From: Raillietiella orientalis
Taxonomy: Eukaryota
NCBI GenBank assembly: GCA_036172245.1
Contig: JAYWIR010000001.1
Location: 1,426,001-1,490,000, forward strand
Length of the DNA stretch: 64,000 nucleotides
Direction: 5' to 3'
The position numbers and the translations under genes are program-made. Shown in pieces: positions 49,391 to 63,168 of the stretch; position 1 is the stretch's first letter, and each line of letters begins with the position of its first letter. Below the pieces are notes generated by a model. It searched no databases. It was not told where the DNA came from and saw nothing but the letters and a program-made list of their open reading frames with translations.

Positions 49391-52300
49391 CGGCCGTGGT
49401 CATCCCTCTTCACTCTCTGATGTAACCTCTCCCACTTCTCTCACTCCAGGAGCTCTCGATTTTTCTGTTCCCTCATGGGCCGCACCCAACCAACGCGCCG
49501 GAAAGGTCGTTCTTCACGGAGGAGCATTTCGTGCCGGCGTGTATCCCTCCGTGGTAGGAATTCCTTTATAGTCATTGGCATTTCGTGGACGTTGTACGAT
49601 TATTCTCTGTTCTTATGTTTGTGAATATACTCTTTTCGTGTACGTAATGCAAACAACTTCCAATTATTAACGGAAGCAGAGTAATTTTTTGAGTGTAACG
49701 CAACACGTTATCCCCTCGAGATGAAAATCTCGGGAACATTTGAGTAAAACAAATGCATACCACTGTCAGTGGTAGATATTCCTCCAACTCAAATCACAAT
49801 CCTACTGGCACTACCCAATCCTCTAACTATCAAGCTGTCTATGGGACAACTTCAAGATTCCCGTGGGATTTTTTTTTTTTTTTTTGCCCCTGGAGCGTTC
49901 TGGGTGAGGAGTCCAGGGATGCGGAAACGGGACCAGAAGTTTCCTCCTCATTTTCTTTGGGCAAAAGCAGCTTTGTTTCCTCCGCCGTCTGTCCGGCAGA
50001 GAGCCTACTGCCGGTGAGCTGCAGACTTGCGACGGCTTCCAGCAGAAAGGACACGCAAAGAGAGCATCTCGAAGAGAACCATCCACGTAGAACTTTGAAG
50101 CCAGGAAAAATTAGGGACGATGCTCATGGGATCTCTGAAAACACGAAGAGGAGGAGCAATTTCCGGATTGACGTTGCTTTCTTCCCTCAGTTTGACCCGG
50201 GTTTGTTGAACTCGGTACTCGCATCTCGAATGGGTTGTGCCTGGTCATTTCTGTTGGGGCACGAGTCGGGTACCATCCGAAAACGAAAGAGGTGCTCGAA
50301 ATGCTTTCAAGCGTACGGGAAAAAAAGAATGCGGAGAGTGGCGCAAGATCACAGGAGAGGTCGCTCACGAGTATCGAGAGCGCCAGCTACCCAAATTCAA
50401 CGGATTCAACACATCTTCTGGTGAAACGCTCGAAGGCCACGAGGTGTATCCTTTCGAAGAAAAAGGGTCGCGTTGGCCAGGTCTGGCCGCCGTCTTCGGT
50501 CGCTGACCGGCCGCCGACTGTTCGTTCGAAAGGACTTCACGACCTTCTGGCCTCGCAGAACTTCCCGTCGCGCGTCCGGTCGCGTTTGTGTTGCCTGTGG
50601 GGTAGGCCTCGCCCTTCCACCTTCACTCTTGGAAGTTCCTTCCATCCCGTTGTCTCCGCTCCACCTCGCTTCTCTTTCCCTCGACCGCCGCTCTAACTGC
50701 GAGCGGACTCGGGTTTTCCTTCTTGTTGCTGGCGAGCCTCCTTTCTGCTCCATCCTGTTCTTCCCGGCGAATGCGTCCCTAAGGAAAAGCGGGCTTTGGA
50801 TACGGGACACCGGAAAGGCCTTCTTTCCTTTGGAAACGTTCAACGGGGAACTTTTTTTCACTTCCAAAAGATGGCGCGATAAAGCGTTTCTCTGACTGCA
50901 GCAAATGGGCAAAGATTCATCCAGACTTGACTTGCTGAGGAGTTAAAAAATAAAAAATAAAATTAAATTAAAAAAATTCGAGCACGCAATTGCGAAGAGG
51001 ATTTCTCCTTGCGCTCTCCTGTTTGAGATGACTTCACGCAGCAAAAGCAGTCTACCTTTTGGACTTGGACATGGCGCTAGCTGAAGGCTGGATTCGAGGA
51101 TTTATCTTGCTGAATTTGCGCTTTACAAATCAATCCAAGGATTCCTCACGCAAGATTTTTTTTTTTTTTTTATGTTCTTGGTTTTAACGCTCTAGCCAGA
51201 GTCCGCTCCTGCTGGCCGTGATGATGAGGCAAACGGAGGGCGGTGTTGAACACCCCAGGGAAACAGCGAGGATAACGCCGGTGGAAGGTCGCTTTCGAAG
51301 TGCATGCGTGGGACGAAAGACCGTATAACAGGTCTTTCAGAACCGGAAGCACTGCTTTCAGACAAAACGGAGGAAAATCCCGAGCTGTGATAAGATGATA
51401 CGGTTTCTCTGCTGGAATCATCGGCTCCGATGCAACCTCGCAATGGACTTCTAAGGGAGCTGTATATCCTGACAGAGTTTCTTCTCGACTGTGGGCATGA
51501 CCGTTTGGTTCTCAAGCACGCAGATCGCAGCTTCAGACCAAATCCCATCCCACGGGTGAGACCCGGTAAAACTACTCCAGAGCGGAAGAGCGGCAATTCT
51601 GACGTAGTCCAGAGAGGTCGCTCCCGTTACGTTCCGCAACATCGAAGTGGCGGGGAGAGTTTCCATTAGACTGCGGTCTCCGAGCCCTTTACAACCGCGA
51701 GAACAATTCAGAACGTTCAAACACTTCGGAGGTGGCTGACCGCTTTGACTACCAAGAGCGAAAGAGAACGTCAGAGTTGGAACCGAGTTGCGCCAGCTTG
51801 CAGATTTGAGTCCCGTGACCGTTTCCTGAAGCATCGTTGTCTCCTGGAGCGTCGTTTCATAGAGCACACAGTCGGGGCAGAGCACGTCGTGTTGATTGGA
51901 CGAGGGCGAACGGTCTTGCTGTTGGAACGGAGAGATGCAAGAGCTGGAATGACTTGAGCCCAATGCAATTTCGGAGTGAGTCACGCTCCAGCTGATTTAC
52001 CACAGGGCGAAGAGATCCCGCACCTCTAGGTGAAACCAGCACGGGTTGCCAAGGAAATCGGAATGAACTTGCTAAAGAGGCAGAGCCTGCGAAAGAGTGA
52101 CCGTAAAAACACACAGAAAGGAGTCCCAGAACACGTACTTGATGGCCTTCCAAGCATTGCAGTGGATCCTGGAATGGGAAGACAGGAGGGTTGCTCCTGA
52201 CCACGGGGGAAGAGGTTCCAGGCTGCAGAGGAACATCGTTGAACTGCAGATTTGGGGACCGCTGAGAAACGGACTTCTTCCTTGTCGATGACGCTTTCCT

Positions 52301-52676
52301 TGGTCCATCTCTTGCTTCCAGTCTCGATCGCTCCCGCATCGGAAAACTAAACGAACGTTCGCGCTGTGTGGCCAGTGGAAAAGTTGACGATGACCTCCGC
52401 TCGGACCTTCTCGCGCGAGGCACTCTCTCTACGGGATGCACGTCGCGGCTCGGGAGGAAGCCGCTGCCTCCAGCTCTGAGAGGCGCAAAGAGTTCAAAGT
52501 GTGCGCAACAGCTCTTCGAGATGCCCCCCCTCCAGCTGGCGGTTGCCAGGGCCGAGCGGTTCCCTATGCTCATTTCGGATCGCCTCGAATCCTGACTTCG
52601 GGAAAGAGGCGGATTCCCGCGGGCAAAAAGCCCAACACATCTTTCGGCAGCAGGACGCCCTCAGCTACTCCAGAGA

Positions 52677-53393
52677 GGGTCTGGTTCAAAATCCACAACG
52701 TCGGCATCTCGGAACATTATAAAAAATAAATACATATGTTTATAATGCATATTAAATATTTGTTTATGAATATATATGTTTATCCTATACATTAATATAT
52801 GTTTGCATGTAGATGAATATAGAGTAATATATATTATAAAGATCATAAAAAATATGCTTTCGAATAAAGAACGAATACATGCAAACAATAAATACATAGG
52901 TGTATCAGGCACATTAATATATAGAATTATATATATAAGTCTGTATATTAATGTGACTACTATATGTATTTATATGTATAGATTAATATGTATCTACATA
53001 TAGAATAATAATATATATATTATAAAGATCATTAAAAAGATGTGCTTGTTACGTATGTTAAATACATGCTTATGATATACAGCAATGTATGTGATGAATA
53101 TATACACAGTGAATACATAAATATAGAATTATGAACATATGCATTTATCGGACGATCAAATTCCGAAAATATATTTCATTAGAATAACTTAAATGAATAC
53201 ATTGGTATATTCACTTATCACATATTTATTATACACATAAATATAAATAATAAACATACATATTCATTTTTATAATCTTTAATATATATATTCGTCATGT
53301 ATTAATACATAGTATCAATTACACTAGTTATATGTGTAAATGTTAATAAATACATATGCTAAAATAACATTAATATTAGTAGTATGTACTTTA

Positions 53394-53465
<72 letters not shown>

Positions 53466-53835
53466 CACATACAATAAATATATATGTTTATCATGTGTAT
53501 ATATACATATAAATATACATCATAAAATATGTATTCATTTTTTATGATCTCTCGAGATCAGTATGTATGTTAATAAATATTAATAAGTATGTGTTAACTA
53601 TGGTAATAATTATGTATGCTAATGTGTGTTTATTATGGGTATGTATACATACATAATAAGCACATGAATTTATTTTGTGATCTTTAATATATATTGGTAA
53701 ATGGTAATGATTATGTATGTTAAAATAAATTTGCACGTTAATTTACACGTAATTATATATATTCATACACATAATAAACATGCGTATTTATTTTTTATGA
53801 TCCTTCAGCATTTCGACATTCAGGATTTTGATGGT
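52677..53835. mobile_element. AT-rich foldback/MITE-like element core with inverted termini
   Basis: caaaatccacaacgtcggcatctcggaacattataaaaaataaatac vs reverse complement of 53784-53830 (caaaatcctgaatgtcgaaatgctgaaggatcataaaaaataaatac). Confidence 0.75.
53394..53461. repeat. (TA)n microsatellite, one interruption
   Basis: Direct reading. Confidence 0.95.
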
Positions 53836-55794
53836 CACTTCATCAGAGCAGCCCGCTGGGATGCAGCTGTCCATACAACAAGAGCGTCTGAACATCGAAG
53901 AGGTGCTTGGAATGTTCCACCCATTGCCTCGGTAACAGACTTTGGGAAGAGCGGATCGTCTGGAGAAGTCATCATCCCTGGGATGCCACAGAACTTACAG
54001 AAACGTGAAGGGAATCCAGCAGCCAGGGAGGCACGGTGGCACGCGTTCCTCAAAGACGTTTGGGGAGAATCCAACCGGGAGTCCAAGGGCACGACGCGTT
54101 CTTTCAGTTCGGGAGGCCTTCTCATGATGGGAAGAGGCGGCAAAACAGGAAGAAGGGTGAAATTTGGGATGCGATATGGCCACGTGAGATTTCCAGATTG
54201 TCGTAGAGCTCGCAACTAGGTGCAGCTTGCCTTTTCCCTTGAGGAACTTCTTGTTGCCGTCAGAAGCTGCTCTGAACTTCCAGCAATGAGGCCCTTCCGA
54301 TCTCAAGAGATTCATTCCTACAGATTTCTCCTAGGGCAGGGAGTGATGGCTTCGTTGCAGTCCCGAGGCATTTTAAACGCAGAAGGTAGAAGAATAGGGG
54401 ATCGGAAGAAAAAAGAAAGAAAAAAAAAACGTGGGGGAAAAATCACGAGGGGCAGGGTATTGAAAAAAAAAAAAAAAAAACCTGAAGGCATCTCTGTACC
54501 CTTCAGCCCCTCGCCATGAAAGAGATCGAGTCTCTCGTGAGGCAGTCCGAGCTCCCGTGGTTTCTCTTTCTTGCTTCTGGAACCGCTCGCCAACAAGCTG
54601 TCAGTATGCTGTGTCAGGGGTCACAACTGGTCCGGCACGGATCGACAGAGAAGTATGTCACCCGCACGCGTCTCGGTTCTCATCATTCGCTGTCATCATC
54701 ATGGAAGCGCAAGGAAGCGTAACGAGATGATCACCGTGTGGTTAGTTGTTCATGTCACATGTCACTCCAGTGTGTGCAGTCTTTCTTTGCGGAACATTCC
54801 TCTGTTTGCACTGCTTCCGCCGCTGGGTCCATTTGTGTTTCGGGGTGACACGTGCCCCTTTCACTGATGCGTTTCCCTCACGCTTTCTGAATTTGCCTAG
54901 CGCAGAATTCCCCCTCTCTTCGTCTCCAAAGGGTTTAATTCGATCCTGGTTCGTAATTCGATCCATTTGTGTGCAATTTTGCAACTGCGTTAATTTCTTC
55001 CTTGGAATTTGCCTTTCCTCGCCAAAAAAAAAAAAAAAAAGTCTTTAGTCCATGCATGCAAAATATCAACACGGTTTACGAGATCATTCTTGCGCTGGGG
55101 GCGTATCCATGGAAACAGTTTTGAATAAGCAATGCCCCAACACCTTTTGCATCTTTCATTAAGGTCAACACACGTCCTATTTGGGCAGCGTGCACCACCC
55201 TCAATAATAGGGAAGACAAAAAATAATTTGCCATAGCATCACTAAGAAAACAAGTCCTAAAGATGGTGAGATGACGACCACAGAATCCCCCAAAATTTCT
55301 AAGACTCCTTGAAGTAAAAACCGGAGCAAAGCGAGAAAAACCTCCCGGAGGAATCCTTCTGTGACGGTCAATCCACTCCAAAGCAGCATCTTTCCGGTGA
55401 CTTGGAGTCACTGAGAGATGTTGGTAAAAATGAACACCATAGGTAGCACGACAAGCTTCTTGTCGACAACAGTGTCGAGCACCACTGTTTGAGGAGGAAA
55501 CAAAGGCTTGGGTGTTTGCCTTTGGAAGGTCTTGCGGATGTAGCGTGATGATACCTTCCCTGGTCTTCTACCGTAAGCACCGCCAAAGAACCTCCAGCGA
55601 CGCTAAACTACTAAGCGATGTCAGTGCAGCAGCTGCCGTTTCAAAACATTTGCTGGAGGCAAAAAGTTTTGTAGCGTAATGAAGTCCATCCCTTCCGGAA
55701 AGAACGCCAGAAAGTTTGGAGCAACCATTTCTTTCTCAGATCTCTGAATCAGGCATGCTCCATACACGGAGACAAAAGAACAACATGTGTGTGT

Positions 55795-56080
55795 TTTTTC
55801 TTCTTTTATTACCGGAAAGGATCCGCTCCTTGGTTTCCTCCTCTGAAGAGAACCCCGAAGGGACGCTTCCCAATTTCTCTGAAGGGTCGCTCCCCGAAGG
55901 GAGCAGCTTGCTTCTTGCATTCTGGAGAGGCAACCCCTGAGGAAGGTCTCAACCAGCTCCATGGTATGGCTCCATCCTCGCAACCCTAGGGAAACCCGAA
56001 GAGAACCGGCTTCTTGGTTGCTGGAAGGACCCCATAGGGACACCTTCCATTCCCGGCCAGTCCAATGGGTCTCAGAGACC
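55795..56080 (-). mobile_element. SINE-like body fragment
   Basis: ccggaaaggatccgctcc, aaccagctccatgg and ggaaggacccc match 40500-40730. Confidence 0.78.
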
Positions 56081-56849
56081 ATAGCCACGGACCTTCTTGC
56101 AATATCCTTGATGTTTTCCTGCGCAAAGACGGAGTGATGTTCTTGAACTATTGGCAACACTGATATTGACTCTCTAGCAAACATCTGCAGGGGTTCTTCA
56201 CCGTCTCATCTTTTCTCTCAGGTTTCCTTCTGTTGCCATGTAGTGTGGGGATTTTGGAGCCCTTCATGCCGAACTCGCGGCATCCAATGTGGACCACGCA
56301 GCCCTCCAGGGAGACGGAGTATCCTGCAGTGGGAAAAAGCATTTTCCCGTTCCCAAGGGAATTGTGTTGAGCGTCATCTGCTGAATCATTTGGTATGTCT
56401 TTCGTCGAAGAAAGGAATTTTTTGAATTCCCTTTGCTGTCGAGGTGTCCAAGGGATTTGCAGAAATAACAGTTTGCTGTGGGTTTTTTTTTTGCTCCAAC
56501 ACAAAATCCCCAGCTTCCGGGAACCTCAATCTCGTCAGTAAAGAGACTATAAAAGAATCCCAATCTCGAGCACAGTGGATCCTTTCTTGATGAACCAAAA
56601 GATGCATTTCATCAAAATGAAATGCAGCCTGCTCTAAGGGTGCGCAATCTCGAATGGCACCCGGTGGAAACCATCAGATGCCCCTAGAGATCTGCATTCG
56701 CCTTCCAGATGAACTTGGAACTCATGTAATGATCTCATGATGACCGTCGGTTAGCTAGTGCCTAGCATTTTTTTAAGAAAGTTCCGGATCGACAGCTTTC
56801 GTAATGGCAGGAAAGACTCTTCTTTTCTTCAGCGGCTGACGGCAATCAG

Positions 56850-57850
56850 GAGGGAACTGGTTCCGGCTGCCTCTAGGGTGGAAGTGCACGATCGTTTCGG
56901 TGGGTGGGTCGTGGGAGGGACAGGCCTACTGAATCTGCTTGGGGATCCCCATGGGAAGGTCCATCAAGTACCTTGACGTCCCGTTGGGCGACTTCTGATA
57001 GTCGGAAGCGCGGTCGACCTGCCTTTGGAAGGCAGAGATGGATCCGTTCCTCGACGGCAAGTTTGTCTTGCAGGAGCGGGCTTCCATCTGGGACATTTCT
57101 GTCGTTCTTCTCCTTCACTACTTATTTTTCGTTTTCACTCCCCCTTATTCGGTGAAGATCCGGACGCAGCGTCTCCTGCGAAAAGCCTTGTGGACGCTGC
57201 AAGGTCCCGGATCTGCCTGAAAGCCGTAGTGGAGCCAAACCAGGACGCTGGCTTGGACATATTCTTCAGAAGATCTGAAACCTTTAGAGGACGGACTGCA
57301 GGTTCAGTTCCGACTCCTGTCCCTGTGTGGTCAATTGTGGTCATCCCCTCGGTGTGCCCCGGCACGCCTCTTCCTCAGGCGATGCGCTGGAGGCGAAGAA
57401 CTTTCACTGCTGCCCCGCGATCTACGCAGGAGGACTGGATTTAGCTACCTGCTGAGACTTCTGTCCTCACTACTTGCAGCTCTCCTGTGGATCTGCTGTC
57501 TTCAAAACTGGAACGCCTGGAGGCGGCAGGAGGCTCTGAAGTCCTGCGTGGGCACTTCGGAAATGCACCAGAGGAACTGCGACTGCTGCGGAATCTCCTA
57601 CGCAAGCCTCTGGGTGACTCCTGCAGGACTGGACGCAGTCGTCTCAGATAGCCGTCACACCCTTGCCGCAGCAAGTCTGTTTGTCTGTCTGTCCTCAGGC
57701 AAGCAATGACAGCAGCCAACCGGAGGGGTGGGGGTTCTCTTGCACCACTGCAAACAGGATTGGGAGTCGAAAAACTCCTGGACGACTGCAAAACGAGCGA
57801 GTCGGAGAACGCTGCCACTCCTTGTTCCCGGGAGACTCCTCCGTGGAGTG
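56850..57850 (+). mobile_element. L1/Tx1-like RT-thumb fragment
   Basis: LGIPMGRSIKYLDVPLGDF, PFLDGKFVLQERASIW, QDAGL..LQVQFRL. Confidence 0.8.
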
Positions 57851-57859
57851 CCCTGCTTG

Positions 57860-59920
57860 GTTTAACACCCGGTAATTCTAAGGAGTTCATTATAAAAATA
57901 ATAAACATACATGTGTAGGGTTATCGGCCCTGCATCGTTCGAAAATGTTCGGAGCCTGCCGAGTGACCTTCATGCACACCGGCAACCTCGGCAGCGAAGA
58001 TAGGGGAAGGGGGCAAATAAAAATAAAATAAAAATCAATAATAAAAAAAACTCTAGTGGTCACGGGAAGGGATCACTGTCAGCCGGAGGACATCCCCTGC
58101 ATCCTTTCCAAGTTTCGATCCGAGAGCAAGTTCGATCCGAGTATGCCCCAGGTGGGGCATCTTGCTACCGTCCTCAGGAAGTCCAGGGAAGCGGATGCCA
58201 TCCCTGTCGAGCCGTCCTCTTCTCACGTAGCTCCAGGCCACCATAATTCCACGTAGGTAGCGAAGAGCTTCTAGGGATGTGGCAGGCGAAAGGGAATCAC
58301 GCACGAAGAAGAGCTTCATCACGTCCTTGCGATTGTGCGTCGGTGCACCAAGGGCCGTCGCGTAACGCAACCACAGGGGAAGGAGGGCAACACAGCCTAC
58401 ACGCAGGTACGGGAGGGATTCCCGTTCTCCGCACCTGCAACAGTTGGGGTCCACAGCCCCCTGGGTCCAGTGAGAATGGCGGGCGTTGTACAGGAGGCCC
58501 CAGTGCAATAGCAGAAGTGCCGACTCCTGCTACTTCAGGGGGAGGACCTGGTTGTTCTTCAGCTCTGGGGGCCACTCGAGGTCTTCCTTCAGGATTCCCA
58601 ACAACTCACCCTAGTGCAATGGTCCTTTCGGTAGAGCACTTGGGGTCGCAGCGTCCGTGAGCTGGCCCGTGGTTTAACCACCTAATCTCTTCGTCTGAAG
58701 ACCTATTTCTCAACTGACCTGCCACTTGGCCGGCTGGTTCCTTCCCAAGTGCTCCCGGAGGGAGGACAGAGCCGCGGCTAGGGAAGTTCTTTGCGCCTGC
58801 GCACACGTGGTGGACTGCATGATGTCCTGTAGCGAGCCGTTGTTGTAGGAGTGCAGCAGACGCTTCCGCATCTCCAGGCTCGTTCTTGGTCCATGTACGA
58901 ACGGTTTCCTGCAACCAGGCACTACCATTCGGGGGCCAGCAGAAGATCCAGCTGTTGGTCCGCTTGCCTACTCGTTGGAACTGCAGTCCTCAGCGGGACA
59001 TGTTGCGTTTGCGCTGCCGCACCAGGAACGACGACAGTCTCGAGTAGCCGGTAGCTCACTTGATCAGCCACTGTGCAGGCTCGCACCACTTCGCGCTCCA
59101 AAGCTTCGCCACTTGGGCAAGCGTCCTCTACTGGAGCTACCGCTCCAGGCACTCCAGCGTCAGGAGACCCAGATCTCCGTCGCGACGTGGACCCTCAGGC
59201 GGACTCGGGGTCTTCCTGTGCTCCACGGGGCGATCTTAAGGAAGTCATTCGTCCGCCTTTTAATGCTACTCGGTGGGGACAAACAAAAAGCAGGGGCGGA
59301 AGAGGGGGGCCACAAACGTGTTCCACACCGCGGCCCGTTCCGGCAAAAGAAACTTGCCATCCTGGAACGGGCGGATCGCCAACTCTGTCTTGTGGAGGCA
59401 GCTCGCCTCCGCCGCAGAATAGTCTCCCAACGGTACACCGAGGTACTTAGAGTACCGAACCGTAGAGATCCCCAAGCGGATCCAGTCGAGCTGCTCTGCC
59501 CACGCCGAACCGACTGCTACCGCGGACGATTTCGCCCTGTTCGCCTCCAGTCCTGTCCTGCGGTTTAATATCTCGAAGAAATCTTCGAGCGCCGACGTCG
59601 GGGTAAACATGGGGAGCAGCATCTTCCGCATACGCTGACACAGCCCGTGTGCCTGGACACGCGCGTGCCAGGAGAGCTGTAGTCTCTCCGTACGCCCTCA
59701 GCACCAACTTGAAGTGGGTGCTGAAGAGCTAGGGGCTCAGTCTGTCTCTTTGCCGTATCCTGCGGCGCACCGACACACCGTACGCGTTTCTACCACTGAA
59801 AGAAATGTTGGTTAGCGTGTCGCGCCAGCAGGAGCGCAGAAAGGCCATTAAAGAGGCGGGAAGTCGATGCGTTCCAGGAGCTCCAGAAGCTCCTGGTCGA
59901 TGCAGTCGAATGCCTTATGA
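57860..59920 (-). mobile_element. L1/Tx1-like LINE, RT (from HKAFD) to 3' end
   Basis: HKAFDCID, RRIRQRDRLSP, AYAED, KYLGVPLG, CCRCGERESLPYLRVGC, 3' stem-loop and terminal motif. Confidence 0.9.
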
Positions 59921-61874
59921 ATCCCTTTCTTTCAGCGGGCACACCGTGCACGGCGTACCGGTGCGGCGTAGGATACGGCAGGGAGAGACAACCTGAGCCC
60001 CTTGCTCTTCAGTACCTACTTCGAATTGGTACTGAGAGCGTACAGGGAGACTCTGGCGCACCTGCCGTGCGATTGTCCCGGTATGCTTGCAGTTTCAGCG
60101 TACGTGGACGACCTTCTGCTGCTGCTCCCTATGTCCACCCCGGCTTCGGCGGTCGAGGGCTTCTTCTACCTGCTGAGCCGCGGGACGGGACTACGGGTGA
60201 ACCGGGCGAAGTTGTCCGTGATGCCAGTTGGTGCGGCGTGGGCAGGGCATCAGGACTGGGTCCGCTTGGAGATTCCCATGGTGAGGTACTTCCAGTACCT
60301 CAGTGTGCCGTGGGGGGACTATCCTCCTGCGGAAGCATGGTTCTGCTGCCTCCAGAAACTAGAGACGGCGATCGGCCCGTTCCAAGATGGCAAGTTTCTC
60401 CTGCTGGAACGGGCCGCGGTTTGGAACACGTTCGCGGCTCCTCTCCTCCGCCCCTGCTTTTTGTTTGCCCTCCCCACAGAGAGGATAAAAAAGAGGACGA
60501 AGGACCTCCTCCATATCACCCTTTGAGGCAACGGGAGGGCCCGAGTACGCTTAAAGGACTTGTGCGCTCCGCGTCGGGACGGTGGTCTCGGCCTCCTGTC
60601 GCTGAAGCGGCTGAAGCTTCAGCTCCAGTTCAGAATGATGGTCGTTGTGCAGGAGTTGTGGTGCATCTCCTGGTGCGTCCCTGCACGTCTCCTCGTCATG
60701 CAAACTACCGGAAAGACGGGACTCACGTCCTTTCTTGCACTCCATCATCGCCGCATCAACCGATGTGGACTTCAGCTACGGAGGGTGGCTGCCTTGACAC
60801 GGAGAAACCATGGATTGACCACCTGTCGGCCAGCAAACGGTAGTGCCTGGTTGCAGGAAACGGTTCTCACGTGGGCACAGAGCGGCATGCAACGCGCCGA
60901 ACAGGAATGACGGTTCCTGTTCGGGCGCTACAGAAGTTGCACGCTCCGAGAGATCCTGGAGGATCCGAAGAAGAGAGCGTAGACGGGAAGAATCCCCCTC
61001 GCTGCTGCACTGGCCCCCGTAAGGGATGATTTGGACATAGATGTTGTGGCGAAGTGGTAGGCTGCTATAAAAATCTCCGGAAGGGAGAAGACGATGGAAA
61101 CGTGGAAGACGGGCCAGCTAACTGAAGCTGAGACCCCGAGTACACCTCCCCATGGAATTCTGCCCCGGGGCGCACTGCTCGATGTTCCGGTTGAACATCT
61201 GAAGTGGCCTGCGGTGCTCATGAACACCTACACCTTTCCCTTAAAATGGCAGGAGTGGGTGCTCCTGTTGCTGCACTGGCGACTCCCGTGCAACGTCCGC
61301 CGACACCATTGGACCTGGGGAGCGGTGAACCCCAATTGTGTTAGGTGTGGGGAACGGGAGTCCCTCCTTCACCTCCTTGTGGATTGTGTTGCCCTTCGGC
61401 CCCTTTGTCTACGCTTTGACGTGGCCATCGGAATCCCCTGCGGCAACCCTAGGGACGCTGTAAAAGCCCTCTTCGTTTCCGACGCCCTTCGGCCTGTGGC
61501 CTCGTTAGCAGCCCTGTGCTGCCTTCGCAGGATCGTCGCCGCTTGGAGCAAGGCAACGGGAGGACCTCGCGATAAGGGTGCCATCCAGCGCGCCGCCGAA
61601 TTTTTGGAGAGGGCGTCGCGATGACCCCACTTGGATCCAGGAATGCAACAGTGATCCCTTCCCGCTCCCTCTCACATTTTCTTTTATTTTTGTTTATTTT
61701 TTTTGTTTGTCTCCCCTTCCTTCTGCTGCCGTGATGGACCGTACCGGTCTGCGAACCGGTGACCCGGCAGGTTCTGTGTTGTTTCTTCGAGCGTGGCTGG
61801 ATCACTGGTCCAGCCACAGCGCGTGCTGGAAGTTTGTTTTCTAAGCAAACGCCCTGGCGAAAACCGGGTGAAAA
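59920..61874 (+). mobile_element. 5'-truncated L1/Tx1-like LINE, best-preserved copy
   Basis: RRIRQG..LSPLLF, AYVDDLL (60101-60112), RDGGLG, CVRCGERESLLHLLVDC, 3' stem-loop at about 61726-61771, ends ccgggtgaaaa. Confidence 0.92.
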
Positions 61875-62760
61875 TCGAATGCCTTGTGCAGGTGGACTGC
61901 GGCCGCGAGAACTCCCATTCCCAGAACTACCAGTCCCTGGCCGACGGACGCCTTGGGATTCGGGGTGGCAACCGTGTTCCTTGCATTCATTCTTCCTCTG
62001 TGGAACTGAAGCCAGATGTTCGCGAGGAACATTCTGGAATCCATACTTCTCCCGGGAACAGCGAGAGTCTGTTCCGGGCTAATTACGGACTCTGCCACTC
62101 TAATCGCTCCGACCACGGTTTCGCCAGCAACTTGGCGTCCGCGTTCAACACGGTGATCGGATGCCAGTTGCTGAGGTTCCTTAGGTCTCCTCCCGAAGGG
62201 AGAAGACTCATCCTCACTGATCGGAAGTAGGCGGGAACGTCACCTATCTCCCGAATCAGCAGCGTTAGGCACTGTACCAGGGTGTGCCCTGCTTGGTGCG
62301 CCCCTCGAAGAACTCGTGGTCTCTTCCCTTTGCGTGGACACCTCCGTGTTCCCGCTCCTGTGGAAACAGGATGTTTTGCTGTTTCTTCACTTGGGGTTCT
62401 AGTGCAACCAGCACAGGCACCTGGTTTCCGGGGGGTTACCTCCCCGGACTGTTTCAGGTGCGGGGTGATGGAGTAGTTCCTGCACCTCCTTTTGGACTTC
62501 AGTGTCTTCGAGGACTTGTGGCGGAGACTGGCTGCGGCCTTCGTCGACCGCAGGACACTGGAAAAGACTTGCGGCGGCAATTCTTCACAGAAAGCGGACC
62601 GCAGAAAGGCGCTGCAATCGCAGCCATCTGCTGCATCCGCGCCGTGGTGACAGTACTCCACGTGCTGGAGTCAGGTTTGCCGAGAAGAGAGATCATGGCA
62701 GCAGCCATCATGAAGACAGCAGCAAGGTAGCCTCATCTGCGAGAAATCTCCAGGGAGATC
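61875..62760 (-). mobile_element. L1/Tx1-like tether + RT N-terminal part
   Basis: SLLPSGGDLRNLSNWHPITVLNADAKLLAK, VISPEQTLAVPGRSMD, AVHLHKAFD. Confidence 0.9.
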
Positions 62761-62929
62761 GCCACCGTCCAGAGTCGCTTCTAGAAAGGAAAGAACGTCT
62801 TAAACCAAAGACCCCGTCTTTCCCTCTTTTTTTATTTATGTACTATCCCCTTCCTCCGTTTCCTACTTTTTGAAAGTGGGCTTGCGTGCCGGTGGTCATC
62901 CCAATGAACTCTTTTTTTGGCATTTCTTG

Positions 62930-63125
62930 TTTTTGAGGCCCCCATTGACTGATCCTTTCGGAGACACCAGGATAGAGATTCCTTTAGAGATCCCTCCCCT
63001 AGCGTGAGAGGAACGGACTCCCTTCTCTGGATTCCTTCCTGGATTCATAGGATGGTACATCCCGGGGTACCCCCTATCTTGAAGAGCTGCACTCACCTTC
63101 CAGTGGCAGGGAACAGTGTTAAAGA
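62930..63125 (+). mobile_element. SINE-like body fragment
   Basis: agcgtgagaggaacggactcc..ggattcatagg..tatcttgaagagctgcac. Confidence 0.78.
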
Positions 63126-63168
63126 ACAAGTCGGATGCTCGGATGCCCCACTGACTGGCTTATCTGAT

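Noticed and set aside
55076..56750. Decayed host-gene-like coding sequence (also 11750-12500, 16350-16900, 26660-26990, 36700-37640, 51170-52000)
   Set aside because: Composition looks coding-like, but I could not recognise any family
61720..61775. Twister or HDV-like ribozyme in the LINE 3' UTR
   Set aside because: The GCCGGTC..CCGG likeness lacks the UAA and GAG twister junctions and the HDV nested pseudoknot
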